From Amoebidium appalachense (lineage: Eukaryota; Protista; Ichthyosporea), in contig CAVNZM010000001.1 of assembly GCA_963693365.1 (NCBI GenBank), positions 15,679,340 to 15,743,339 on the forward strand: a DNA stretch of 64,000 nucleotides. The letters are read 5' to 3'. Numbering within the stretch: position 1 is the first letter of the stretch; every line of letters starts with the position of its first letter. Under the pieces are notes generated by a model. It was not told the DNA's origin and did not search any database. It saw only the letters and a list, made by a program, of their open reading frames with translations. The position numbers and the translations under genes are program-made. Shown here piece by piece: positions 13,393-48,951 of this stretch.

Positions 13393-14928
13393 GGGTCGTA
13401 GTTGAGGGGTAAGGGTTGGGTGCCTCAATGTGTAGGTGGGCTCACAGCATTTACTTTAAGGGCGTGCAGTGTGTTTGTGTAGAGGTAGAGTAGGAGTGAT
13501 ATAGAGAGGAGGAGAGGGGGGAGGGAGAAGGGGTTCGGAGTTATACTGTAACTTCGGCATCCCTTGCCGAGTTGTCCATTTACACCCCCCCACCCCCCCC
13601 CCCCCCCCCCCCCCAGTGATTCTGCTAGGCGGGGCCATGACACAGGCAGGGGTGGCGCTGCTGCCGGGGACGCCGGCCGGGTGGCGTACGGAGGCACAGA
13701 CGTGGCTGGTGCTGATGGGCGACACGGTGGTGTTTGCCGCCATCATCGTCAAGCTGTACCGCATAGAAAGTAAGGGCCCAATCACATGCATTCGTTAAAT
13801 TTCAATGTACGGTGATGTTTGCCGCCATCATCGTCAAGCTGTACCGCATAGAAAGTAAGCGTCCAATCACAATTAAATGTTAAGTTTTCATGTGCTGTAG
13901 TTAAATGGTACAGTGGTGTTTGCCGCCATCATCGTCAAGCTGTACCGCATAGAAAGGAAGTGCCCAATCACAATTAAATGTTAAATTTTAATGTGGCGCA
14001 ATTAAACGGTACGGTGGTGCCTGCCGCTATCATCGTCAAGCTGTATCACATAGAAAGTGCATGGCCAATCACATGCAAGTATTAAATCTGCCCCTCTTTT
14101 TAAACTCCACTAACCCACCAAACGCAGAAATCTTCAACCACGGCCGAGCCGAACGTGTTCGCCTCACCGACCAACACCTCCTATTTCCTTTTATGGGTCT
14201 ACTTGCTGGACAGGCAGCACTTCTGCTTGCTTTAACATTTGCCACACCTGTCGTCACCACCTCTAAGAACGTGACCGATGTGTTTGACTTTAACGGTGTC
14301 CCCCACTACCTCAACGACATTCCTATTCCGGCAGTTGCGCAAAACAGCCGCGCGGTTTTCTTCCTGTCGCTTTGCTACACAACTGTTTTGGCGTTGGTGG
14401 CGGCTGTGATGGCGTGGAGGTTGAGACACGTACCTACGCACTTTAAGGAGGTAAGAGGTTCTGAGGAATATTTCCTATGGTAACTTAAAGATAAACATGC
14501 ATATCCGAGGTAAAATGAATGGATCCTGCCATGCCCAACACATAGTCCTCCTCCCTTCCTCCCCCTCCCCTCCACTTCCACCCCTTGGCCCCCCTCTCCC
14601 CCCAAACCCCAATCCTCTCCTTGATTGGTCTTCATCAGTCTACCATATAGCTCCTCCTTACTCGGTTGACCCACATACACTGGGGCAATCCACCTCCCCC
14701 CCCTCCCCCACACGTTCCCGATTCTGCTCCCTTCCCCTCATCCCCGTTCGTTCCTCCCCCTTCCCCCCCCCCTCCCCCCTCCCTCCCCCACACACACACC
14801 ACCCTACACACGCACGCACATACAGATGAGCACACACACACACGCACAAGCACACACACGCACGCACATACAGACGAGCACACACACACACGCACAAGCA
14901 CACTCACGCACAAGCACACACGCGCGCA

Positions 14929-15026
<98 letters not shown>

Positions 15027-16147
15027 CAAACTCATAGCCGCCGCAACCTTCCAAATGGTGGGCATGGTTGCCATCCTGGTTCCCCTAGAGCTCACAGTAG
15101 ACACCCAGGCCACAAAGGACCTCGTCTTTGGCGTCACCTGGTGGTGGGTACCTCCCGCCCACACCCCCCCTTCCCCCCGGTGCATTCCATTCTCATTTCA
15201 CGTGATTCTATTGGTGCACGTGTCGAGTTCAAGACTTCAGTAAACATTACTAGTTCGGTATCCTACATTGTTTCAAAGACGTGGTTGGTGTTTCCGCTTT
15301 GTGGCCGCAGACCTCGTATTACAATCCTCTAAATGCGGCTTGAAATTCAGCTTTTCAAACAATTCTCATCGTTGGTTAGGGAATCCGGGATGATGTTCCT
15401 CATTCCGACAATACCCCGTCCCCCCCCCCCCCCCCCACACACACCCTTCCTCCCCCTCCCCCCCCCCCCAACCCCCTCCCTTTTCCCTCCTCCCCCTGTC
15501 CTCCCTCCCTCCCCCCCCCCCCCCCCTCGCCCCCCTCCCCTCCTCTCCCCCTGCCATCCCTTGAACTCTCCCCCCCTCCCCCCCCCCCCCCCCCCCGTCC
15601 TCCCCTCCCCTCCTGCCTCCCTTCCTCCCCCCTCCCCCCCCCCAGGGCATCTGTTGTTCTTCTGCAGGGGCTTGTGGTGGGGCCCAAGCTGCTGCACGTG
15701 GTTCACGTCATCCGCCTGAGCCGCACCAGCAGAAGCAGCGACCCCACCAGATCCAATAACAGAAATAGATCATCCAGCACGGAAGATGCTAAAAATAGCT
15801 CATTGGGGGCTACGGGCCAGGCCGACCCGAGGGCGGAGAAGGAGGTTGCGTTTTTGTCTCAGAAATTGGCTGATGCTATGGAGATGAATATTCGGCTGGC
15901 AAACATTCATAATGCGCTGATCAGCCAATCAGCGACGTTGGTACGAGCGCAAACGCAACCACGAGCGGATTTGAAATCGCAGACACAGGTGCAATCGGGC
16001 GCGGCCAGTCGTCCCAGCCAATCGGATGTGAGACCTCAGCGCGAAATTATACCTATGTCGGTGTTGGGGCAGGCACGGGCCAGTGGGCTGAATGAGTCAT
16101 CGGCTGGGCTGATGGGAAGTGATATCAATCTGCTGTGTGGGCATTAA
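8977..16147 (+). CDS. GPCR-A: family-C/GABA-B-like 7TM receptor with extracellular solute-binding-protein domain (~982 aa, 8 exons)
   Basis: Exons 8977-9289, 10189-10673, 11227-11672, 12379-12986, 13617-13769, 14128-14450, 15025-15143, 15646-16147; all GT-AG, phases consistent, 2949 nt. Hydrophobic N-terminus; SBP motifs DGHWVALPFLSNYRELLFNSTTFTKLDIPFPP, WTWKSFVKIATKIT, GTGVSVTSRAQNGTLAWTLVRLLTNP; Cys-rich linker; 7tm_3 motifs VKSASHFYTQLILLG, GDTVVFAAIIVKLYRIEKIFN, AWRLRHVPTHFKETKLIA, GPKL. Confidence 0.9.
13722..14075 (+). repeat. Tandem array: 3' end of GPCR-A exon 5 plus donor site, repeated 3 more times in intron 5
   Basis: acggtggtgtttgccgccatcatcgtcaagctgtaccgcatagaaag..ccaatcaca at ~13722 (exon), ~13808, ~13908 and ~14009. 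Confidence 0.9.
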
Positions 16148-16897
16148 AGACCGTGTGTGTGTAGCATAGCGTATGGTATTGTGGGTGGCTCCTTTAAGTT
16201 TCTCCTGCCTCACTTTTCTCTTAACTTGTTGAATATAGTTGAAAGCTTCAAAGGTTGTGTGATGGTATACTCACGCGCATTTATGGCTACTATGCCAATT
16301 TATAGGTTGCCTTTTTGTAAGTTTTTCCCTTGGCTTTTGATTTTTTCTATTTTTTTTTTTTTGAATTATCGCATTTAAACAGTATGTATGGCTGATATGG
16401 CTTTGTATGCCTCTTCTATTTTTTTTTAATGACATGCCATTATTTCGACGTCTGATGAAGGCTCAAGCAGAATCTGATAATTTTTAATGAATAAAATATA
16501 TAAACACTTTAACCGCGGACAATATAGTTTGACCACGTGCATGTACAGCTAGTGCATACATGTAACATCTTTAACCGTATAGCCCTTCTGGTGCATCCAA
16601 ATGAGCTTTCCCCCCCAGGGGTATTTTATCTGTCTTACGCTGCAGCACATGTTTTAAACGAACGGTGTTTGCAGACGTATTGTCTACCTACTCATAAAAG
16701 TGACAAAGTCAAAAAGATATGTCCGTGTCTGCTAAAACCGAAGGTTATTTTGGCTTTCAGGGTGTGTGTTTGTGTGGTTTGTGTCTGTGAAGACAGGGGG
16801 TTAAAAAGGCTTGAGTTGTAGCTTCCTCTCCCCCCCCCTTCTCCTCCCCCCTCCCCCCTTCCCTCCACACCCCGGCCAGCCTTGATGTTGGGCCCCG

Positions 16898-16954
<57 letters not shown>

Positions 16955-17565
16955 AGGGGGAGAGAGGGGGGGGAGGGGGGGGAGAAGGGGATCGATGATT
17001 CGGAACTTAAGTGTGTCATGTTTCTTACTCTTTGGGGGCGTTGGGAAGAGGATAAGGGAAAGAGGAGGGTGAGCGAGGAATGGGGGTGGGGGGATGGAGT
17101 GGGGGATGGGGGACAGGGGCGGGGGGATGGGATCGGCGGCCGGGGGGGCAGGGGGGAGGGATGGGGGGGACAGGGGGGGAGGGGGATTGAATAGAGGTGG
17201 GGGGTTGTGTGCCTTGGGGAGAGGGGAGAAGGGGGGGGGTATGGGGGGAAAGAATGGGTGGGGGAGGTGGGGTTTAAGGGGAATGTATCACTTAAACGGG
17301 GGTGGGGTAGCACAGTGCATGATAACACCCATAGTTTCCGAACTGCAAGCTTTGAAAAATCAGAACACCATGGTACGTGTGTTTACCGACAATCATTCGC
17401 TGCATGCAGCTCACATGTGTTACGGGGCCGGCCAAGGCCCGTCATATACTGCACATTGAAGTGTCGTGTACACCCGCCTACACATACACACAAAGGCGCA
17501 ACAGTGAATACACTACAAAATACACCACCTACACACAAAGGCGCAACTCATAAAGCATACACAAT

Positions 17566-17919
17566 GCCATGCCGTCCACAATAAGAATCCCCGATCGATG
17601 TGGTCTCGGGGCATGTTCCTATGCCTTTGGGACGGCTGTTGTCTGATATTTTTCGTGATGGCCCTGGCCGGAGGGGGAGGGGGAAGACTTCCCCAGGGGG
17701 GGGGGGGGGGGGGGGGGGTACAGATGGACCATCATGACTTATTGGTACCATGTGTATTCCCCCCCCCCCCCCCCCCCCCCCCCCCCCAGGGGAAGTATTC
17801 CCCCTCCCCTCGTCCGGCCAGGGCCTTTGCGAAAACTATCAGACAACAGCCGTCCCAAAGGCATAGGAACATACCCGACGACCACATCGATCAGGTACTC
17901 TTGTTGTGGGCGGTATGAC
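17566..17919. repeat. Imperfect inverted repeat, ~150-bp arms with ~40-bp spacer (foldback/MITE-like)
   Basis: gatcgatgtggtc..gttcctatgcctttgggacggctgttgtctgata..ggccctggccgga..(G)n is mirrored by (C)n..tccggccagggcc..tatcagacaacagccgtcccaaaggcataggaac..gaccacatcgatc. Confidence 0.85.
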
Positions 17920-18596
17920 TTATTGGTCAGTTCGCCAATCAAAACATCCCAAATCTAGCCGCGGAGGTTTTTAAAAACAAAGAAAAAAGGACTTGACACC
18001 TATGCACCATCTAATCCTTGATTTATTGGCCTCGCTATGGGTTTGGAGAAGGGGGGGGCGCAGGAGGAGGGGGGGATCAGGGAGGGTCGGGAAGAGAAGA
18101 TTGTTATCTTGCGTGCAGTTGGATATATTGTTGGATATATTGAAATTTTGAGATGAATCCGCGCGTATGTAGACAAAGCTCAAGTTCTGTGCAGCCTGGC
18201 CAGCAGGAATGCACAAGGCGAGAATCGAACGAAAACAGAAATGGTCTTAAATGGTAATGCCTCACGTAAAAAAAATCATATACTTAATACATCGGAGAGT
18301 TTTTAATGCATTCCAAATTCCAAATTGGATATACAAAAATATATGTCTCGTAGATAACTTTCCAACCTGTGATTTGTGCAGTCTGGCCAGCAGCAATGCA
18401 CATCACAAAACGATTCAACAAACAAGATCGAACAAGAAATCGTTTTCAAAAAATAATATGAAAACCCTACTATCAATCATAGTTATCTTCCAAAACGTTA
18501 TCATCCCATTTTTTTCAAGTGTTCGTCATCCCCCCAATATATGATTGTTACCCCGCCTCATAGATCTCTGCTAACGATTCAATATTACCCCGCCTT

Positions 18597-25109
<6,513 letters not shown>

Positions 25110-25800
25110 TTTTAGCTTTTTCTGTTTCTGTTGGCCCTACTCATGCACTTGCCTCTGTATACTATGATACGTTTGCATACATGCGTGCCCACAGTGACAC
25201 CGTTGAAATGGCGTCGAAATCCGAGGCTCCTCGTTTATATACCCGGGCAGGCATGAAATTGAATTTCCAGCAAAAGATGGAATGACTGTTGATTGGTTAA
25301 CCTGAATCACAACCAGATCCAACCAATAAAAACAAATTTTGGTGCGGAGTCGCGCCCAATCAATTCGCGCCTCCGGAATTGATTCAAATGACTCGCAGCT
25401 CGCACCAGGCAAGCGAGTCGGCGACCCCATCTAACAGCAGCATCAGCTGAGCGCTGTGTGTATAGATGCGAATGGCAAACTATTTCTGCTACCCTTTTGT
25501 TCTTTTTTTTACTAATATCTCACTGACTTTGTAGTTTATTCGGATGCCAAAAGATCTCATTCACACAGAGCTGGGTGCGTTCAGAGCCAATGGTCAATCA
25601 TAAACAGGTAGCCAATCAGTAAATCGCATGCTATTTCAGAGTTTACCACATATGGCTAACAACAAAAAAATTCAGATTCCGAACTTTCACATCACCGACT
25701 TGTAGACTCCGGCGTACTTTTCAGTTGTTCTAGTCATCTGCACAGTCGACAGTGGTAGTGTCATTGGCTTTTGCCTTATTTGTAAAAAGTGACTGCCAAG
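25110..25800. promoter_or_regulatory. Probable bidirectional promoter region between GPCR-B (-) and the EEP hydrolase (+)
   Basis: Start codons diverge ~690 bp apart; the region has no microsatellites, several CCAAT boxes, and TATATAAA on the minus strand at ~25234-25241. Confidence 0.5.
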
Positions 25801-34780
<8,980 letters not shown>

Positions 34781-35291
34781 TTAGGAAGGCACAGACCTAC
34801 CTAATTAGGAAGGCTACGTTATACTTTTCGTGTGTGTGTATAGTAGCTTCAACGTGCCAGGCTTTTCATATATAGCAGGTTATAGTTTATTGTCAACATA
34901 CATAGAGTGATTGGATTGCAAACCGTATATGGATACAACTGATAATTATGCTTGCTTTTAGGCCTGGTGTATTTCTCGGGCATTTTCCCTTTCTGTTTCA
35001 AGCGTTGTGACCATTTTTCCCCCTATTAAACTCATGGCTACGAAAATGCGAGATTTTGCAATCATTCATAATATCATACGGATGACAAGATCTAAATAGT
35101 GGGACCTCCTAAAGCGGTAGTACAGTTTTCCTAAAAAGGTAATATACGTGCATCTGGAGTCACTTATAGAGCTATGCATAAAGAGTGTGAATGCCACCTA
35201 GCTATAGGCAATACAAGACATATCATTGGCCATATCGATGTGCCCGTCTGATGTCAGCAATCTACATATTTTATTTGCGAGAGACTATGTA

Positions 35292-35757
35292 TGGCGTGGT
35301 CAGAATTTCCCTAATTTGGTATGTCAAGAGTCTACATATGGTATATAATGGAGCTGGAAGAAACTCTTCGGAATCGAAATAGAAAAATAATAGACTGTCG
35401 ATGTGTCATCGTGGGGTACACCTACCTCAATTCATTTGTGACACACACCACATAGCCCCTTTACCTTCCATTTGTTCCTTATTCTGCCACTATTCCATGC
35501 ATGTACATCACCGACCTCACTAGTGGCGTGGTCAGAATTTCCCTAATTTGGTATGTCAAGAGTCTACATATGGTATATAATGGAGCTGGAAGAAACTCTT
35601 CGGAATCGAAATAGAAAAATAATAGACTGTCGATGTGTCATCGTGGGGTACACCTACCTCAATTCATTGTGACACACACCACATAGCCCCTTTACCTTCC
35701 ATTTGTTCCTTATTCTGCCACTATTCCATGCATGTACATCACCGACCTCACTAGTGG
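35292..35757. repeat. Near-perfect direct tandem duplication, 2 x ~232 bp, intergenic
   Basis: tggcgtggtcagaatttccc...gacctcactag at 35292 and 35524; the only difference seen is a 1-nt indel (catttgt/cattgt). Confidence 0.92.
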
Positions 35758-36132
35758 ATAGTGACCGGCTATGTTAATATTTGGGTGGTTTCAGTCTCAT
35801 AGTCCTTATGTATGTGTGTACCCATGTTAGATGGTACCCTATAGTCCCCATGATATTCCATGCATGGTGATTCCGTCGATTACGAGAGCACCATCATAAC
35901 CACTAATGTTTTCGTACACTGAATGCAAGAGTCGGAGTGCACCCGATTCCATTGCAAATTTACTTATGACATGTGATGTACACGGTTTTCAACGAAACCG
36001 AGTAATAAAACTATTTGACCATTGAAAGTGATCATGAAACAAAGAGGCTATAGCTGGCGCACACTAAATACTCGGTTCCGGGAAGGGGGGTGGGGGTGGG
36101 TGGGTGGGTGGGTGGGTGGGTGGGCTGGGTGT

Positions 36133-36199
<67 letters not shown>

Positions 36200-36947
36200 A
36201 AGAAAAGGAATTGGATTCACAGATGTAAAAGAATAAAAACCCACGCGTACGGACTGAATTGAATTTATAGATTTTATAGATACAAAAAAATTAAAACCCA
36301 CTTGGCCGCTAGTGTGTTCTTATTGGCGGGTACTCTTGATGTCGGACGGGGTCTATATATGTGCTATCATAGCGCACATTTAAAACTCGGTTTCGGAATA
36401 AAAAGGAGGGGCCGTGGAAGCGGTGGGCGGAGAGGGGGGGGGGGGGGGGGGGGAGAAAGAAAATCACTGAATCGAATCCACAAATTTTATCTGAAGGAAG
36501 TCGTGCCGCCAGGACGCATTCAAATACACACCCAATCATTCAACATACTTAAAACCTTGTTACTAACATCAGAAGCTTATAGGTATTTCGTTTTTATTCG
36601 TAATACGTATGTTCGTGTGTGCCTGTGTGTGCTTGCATGTGTGGGTATGAGGGCATGCACACGCGCCCGCGACCACGCCTGTGTGTGAATAAGTAAATGT
36701 GTTTGTGTGTGTGTGTCTGTGTCTGTGTGTGTGTCCGTGCACATGAACCACCTCAACACACACAAGTATAGCCATGTGCCCTGTACGTACATGCGCGTGT
36801 GCACGTTTGCGTGCGCACGTGCGAACAACCCCAAAATGCCAGACCGCTTGCATTACCCATATCCGAAGTAACTTTTTGCATTCATACAAAAATCTAACAA
36901 TCACTTCGTTCTATACTTGTACCTGACCACCATCATTCGTCTGGGCA

Positions 36948-37012
<65 letters not shown>

Positions 37013-37087
37013 GCACGCACGCACGCACGCACATACGCACGCACGTACACACACGGCACATGCACACGTGCACGCCTGCCACGCAGT

Positions 37088-37411
37088 CTATGATTGGTCC
37101 ATCGACCGCACCCCGTCTCCTTCTGGTACCTTCTGCAGGTTCTGAAACACGTCCAGGTTTCTATATTTGGCAAGAAGCTCCCTGTGGAATGTGCCGGTTA
37201 GCAAAAACACAGACAGTGTTGGTACGAAGGGGATATATGTGTGGTGGAGATAGGTTGGTCCAAAAAAAAAACGAGCATTACATTTGCCTGTGAGTGTATG
37301 TGGATGTGGTGTGTGTGTGAGTGAGTGTGTGTGTGTGTGTATGTGTGTGTGTGGGGGGGGGGGGGGGGGGGGGGGGGGGGAGGCAGGGGGGAATGGTGCG
37401 GGTGTATGTGT

Positions 37412-37442
<31 letters not shown>

Positions 37443-37965
37443 GGGGGAGGGGGGGCGAAGGGAGACAAGGCAGGCAATACGAAAGTGCTTTATGTAAGCG
37501 GCCCTTTCGATGACGTGACGGAGACGGGAAGGGAGAGGAGGAGGGGGGGATTATAATTTGTTACAGATTACCGGGGGAGGGGGGAGGGCGGGGGGTTGAA
37601 TGCGGAACACGGTACGAAGTACGCATACACGATGAGAAGCATGGTGCAGGACACATGCAAAGGCAAACATTCAAGTATGCAACATCAGCCATGTGCACAG
37701 TATGCGTCATAAGCAGAGCCCATCCTCAGGGAGGGCCCAAGTCATCAATTGCGTCTGAGTTTCGACCCCTTAGCCCGCGTATATACGACTCTCCAACTCA
37801 GACAGCAGCATCAACTTGGGGGGGGGGGGGGAGGTTGTCCCTAATAAAAGCTGGAGTGCACATACCAACAAAGGATAAACGCTTCAAACCCACCACGTAC
37901 ATGCACACAGGAGCAGTTTTTCACACGTTGGCTGTGTGTGCGCGCGTACATTTTTTCTACAGCGG

Positions 37966-38028
<63 letters not shown>

Positions 38029-38166
38029 TGTGCCTCCACATGTGTGAATACGCGTGTCTCCAGATATGATGTGTGTGTGTGCGTGTGCCTGGACATGTGT
38101 GTGTCCACGTGTGTCCCGCCACCTGCGTGTATGTTTTTGTGTTCAAATGTGCCTCGCCATAACGAG

Positions 38167-38249
<83 letters not shown>

Positions 38250-38747
38250 TGTGCCTGTGTGTGTGACCCACTTCTTCCTGTTGAACTCTTCCATTTTGCT
38301 CTTCAACACCTCCGCCTGTTGCTGCCTACTAAGTTCCACCCCCGGCAGAGAGTTCAAAAGTTCCTCAGAGTGTTTCAGTTTGGCCTTGACTGCTAGCACC
38401 TGTCAAACAGAGGGCAGGGCAAGATGGAGATGGGGGGGGGAAGGGGGGGGGGAGAGAGAGAAAGAGAGAAGTGTGTGGTTTTTTTTCGCAAATGGGAGGG
38501 TGAGTGGGTGGGTCGTTAGATGGCGGAGAAAGGGGGCTGGGGGGGGGGAGGGGGGGGAGGGGGGTGGAGGGGGGGGGGGGTGTGAGGGGGGGGATATGTG
38601 GGAAGAAGGCATGCACGTAGCGGGTATTTATGCGGGTGGCAGTGGTGGGGGGAGGGGGGGGAGAGGAGAAGGGGGGAGGGGGGAGGGAAGGGGTGGGGTG
38701 GGGTAGGGGGCAGGTGTGTGTGTGTGTGTGTGTGTGTGCGTGTGTGC

Positions 38748-38801
<54 letters not shown>

Positions 38802-38956
38802 TAGGTAGGTGGATGAAAGAGAAGCAGGGGGGGGAGGGGGGAGGGGGGGAGGGGGGGGGGAGGAGGGGGTAGGTTAACAAGCCGAACGCCACACGGAACC
38901 ATGTGGGCAAAAGCCACGAACACTAAACAACGCATTTAGCCCCCCCCCCCCCCCCC

Positions 38957-39049
<93 letters not shown>

Positions 39050-39733
39050 GTATATATGTTTCAACCATATGTCTCAACCCACACAGACACCAACACAACC
39101 ACCACTGCATTTCTCCTCTCCGTAGCCATGCACAAGTGGCAGGGGGGGGGGGGGGGGGGGGGGGAGTGCTGGGGGGGAGAGTATTGGGCAGAAAAGGAGA
39201 TGGATGAGCAGGTGTGGCAGAACAGAAGAGGATAAGTACGGAGGGCTTGCAGATGACGTGAGGACCCGGGGAGAACGGGCTGGGGATAATGTGGGTGGGG
39301 CGGCCGGGCCGGGGGGGGGGGGGGGGGGGCGGATGCAGTAGCAAACGTAAACAGGAGACACTCCTTCCTCCCCCCCCCCCCCCCCCCCCCCCCCCCTCTT
39401 CCCTACACACATACACCCCACACACTTACACACGCAAAAAAAAAGAAAGAAAAAAAAAGAGGAAAAGAAGTGCCTCCTTTGTGAGCTCGGTACACCCATC
39501 CTATGATAGGCCGGGCTTTCTCGTGGTCAGTCGATTAGACTATTCTAACTGAGCAAGACAAAAAGCCCGGAAAAGTCCCAGGAACGGGCAGGTGTTTAAG
39601 GGGAATGCCAGGGGGTATGTGGGTGTTTGGGCCGGGAGGAAGATTAAAGGTGGAGAAGGAGGCAAGGAGGTGGTTGTGAGGAAGGAAGAGAGAGTGGGAG
39701 GGAGAGACTGGGGGAGAGAGCGACAGAGAGAGG

Positions 39734-39824
<91 letters not shown>

Positions 39825-40158
39825 GGAGAGGGAGAGGGAGAGGGAGAGGGAGAGTGTTGGGAGAAAGAGAGAGTGTGTGTTTGTGCACGTGTGTGTGTGT
39901 GAATGTTGTGTGTGTGTGTGTGTTGGTGTGTGTGTATGTGTGTGTGTGTGTGTGCGTGCGTGTGCGTGCGTGGGTTCGTGCATGTGCATGTGTGTGTACG
40001 TGTGTTTGTGTGTATGTATGTATGTGTGTCCAATTACCCACCTGCTTGGTCACATCCTGCACGTGTTCGCCTCCCAGGGCGTCCAGCAGACGGTACAGCT
40101 CTGGCAGCAGCGCAAAGTCGGCCCCGCTGACAGCACGCACTGGCTCGCCCGCTTGCAT
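37088..40158 (-). CDS. MED9: Mediator complex subunit 9 (112 aa, 3 exons)
   Basis: Exons 40158-40042, 38399-38272, 37181-37088: [94 protein letters not shown]... This matches the Med9 pattern (LP..PG..LS.EQQ..L...K.ELL.KY). Confidence 0.85.
37595..37817 (-). repeat. Dispersed C-run-associated short element, copy 3 (MED9 intron 2, sense to MED9)
   Basis: Reverse complement is near-identical to 34390-34615; G-runs on both sides on the + strand. Confidence 0.9.
38958..39058. repeat. (TA)n microsatellite
   Basis: ~100 bp of TA repeat with few interruptions. Confidence 0.95.
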
Positions 40159-41696
40159 GTTGCCTGTGTGCACTAGGAAAAGGTGTGCTGTTGTGTCGAA
40201 AGGTGGGTGTGTCTCGGTGTGGTTGACTTTGGGTGTTGGTGTCCCTGGGGTTTGTGTGTGCACTTGCGTCACTACAAATAACACTGCCGTAGCGCCGGCA
40301 ACAAAATGTGCTTATCTCGCCTTCTTCCAAATAGTATGCACCCCTAACCTATCCCCTACACAAGCTTTCCCGGTTTGTGAACGAGAGTGTGAAAGACTTC
40401 GTGAGAGACTTCGTGTGTCATCAAAACTGTGACTCCCAGCCGATACTTTAGGGTCCAATCACAAACGTTCAACTTACGTAAGGTTCATTCCGCCCGCGCC
40501 GTTCCACGTACACTACGCCACCTACGATGCAAAACTCCAGGGAATCAAAAGTCCCCAAACTTGAGAAATAGCATCCTGTATATATTTCAGGTTGATATAT
40601 ATGTACAAATGATCAGAAACTGTTATGTAATATATTATGTAGGTGGTTTTCCATTGACAAAATTAACGGCGATGTGGATTTCGAATGCTTTTGAAATGCT
40701 TTTGAAAATCGATTGCCCGATGACGTAGATTCCGCGCAGTTACGTTTCCAAAAGCTGATTGGAGGAATTGCGCCAATAATCCTGTTTTACAATCCACGAT
40801 ATGATTCGTTGGTTTTATTCTCCGGGCCGGCTTTGTGTCGTGATCTTTGCCCGTCGAACACATTGCTGCGCATACGTGGGCAGACTTTGCTTCTTAGAAA
40901 ACAGAACAATACTCGTTCAGAACAAAAAAAACCTACCATTTTTGAGGAAGTAACCTATCTGAATTTTGCGAAAAATGTTCTAACGATCACTTTGAATATG
41001 CGATCCTGGTGGTGCGTAGAATTGTATCAAGAGCCTGTTGTGCTCACTGACTCACTGGATGTCTGGCATTTGATTGGATCTCTATCACGTTTGAAAATGC
41101 CCAGTAACATTTCGTCACATTCCTCACGGTGTCACTTTACTCCTGCGTGGCTTGCAAGCCTTGCACCTACATTTGCAGTTTGTTACCTTTGCGTTACCCA
41201 GTTGATACTCGTTTGTATGTGCAAGCGTTGGGTGAAGTCAAGCAATATATGGTCATATATATTTTCTAACGTAGTAATGGGTGAAATTAGTTAGGGTATA
41301 CTACGAGACATAACTCTTTTTCTACCACAACCACCACAACTAATTTCACCAACTACCGACCACTAGCATGTGTGCGTGGAGCATCGATGCATCACACATA
41401 GACTCCAACTGATTATGCGCACTTCCCTGAGTAGGCTCCTCGGCTACACAAGACACGGTCAAAGACTTGGCCAAATCGCCTCATACTCAAGTCTTTTTAT
41501 TTGCATTCCAATGACCACAGTACATTACGTTACTACTGCTCTGTTTACTTTCTACACTGTCCAATTTTTTACTGCCATTCACCATTTTGTGACATAGTCT
41601 TGTTCGGCCGCGGGGGGTTATTGTTCCCAGTGTAACTCGAACCTAGACGCACCATTAATACTGCCACATGGGCTAGCACGTTTTACCTAGAGGAAA

Positions 41697-48665
<6,969 letters not shown>

Positions 48666-48760
48666 TTTTTTTATAAAGACATGAACGGACATTACCCATA
48701 GCGATTCTTCGTACTTCAGTAGTGCTTTTCACGGGTACATCCTCACAATCCACACACACA

Positions 48761-48798
<38 letters not shown>

Positions 48799-48901
48799 CA
48801 CGCACACACACACACACACTTGCCCGTACGCGCACGCACCACGCACGCGCGCGCGCACACACACACACACACACACTTGCCGGCACGCGCACGCACCACG
48901 C

Positions 48902-48951
<50 letters not shown>

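Noticed and set aside
13722-14075. CRISPR-like repeat-spacer array
   Set aside because: The repeats are copies of the adjacent exon end, the spacers resemble each other, the context is eukaryotic and there are no cas genes.
40713-41294. 193-aa ORF between MED9 and the PDE
   Set aside because: Non-ATG start, no recognisable motif, non-coding-like composition, and it lies in a divergent promoter region.
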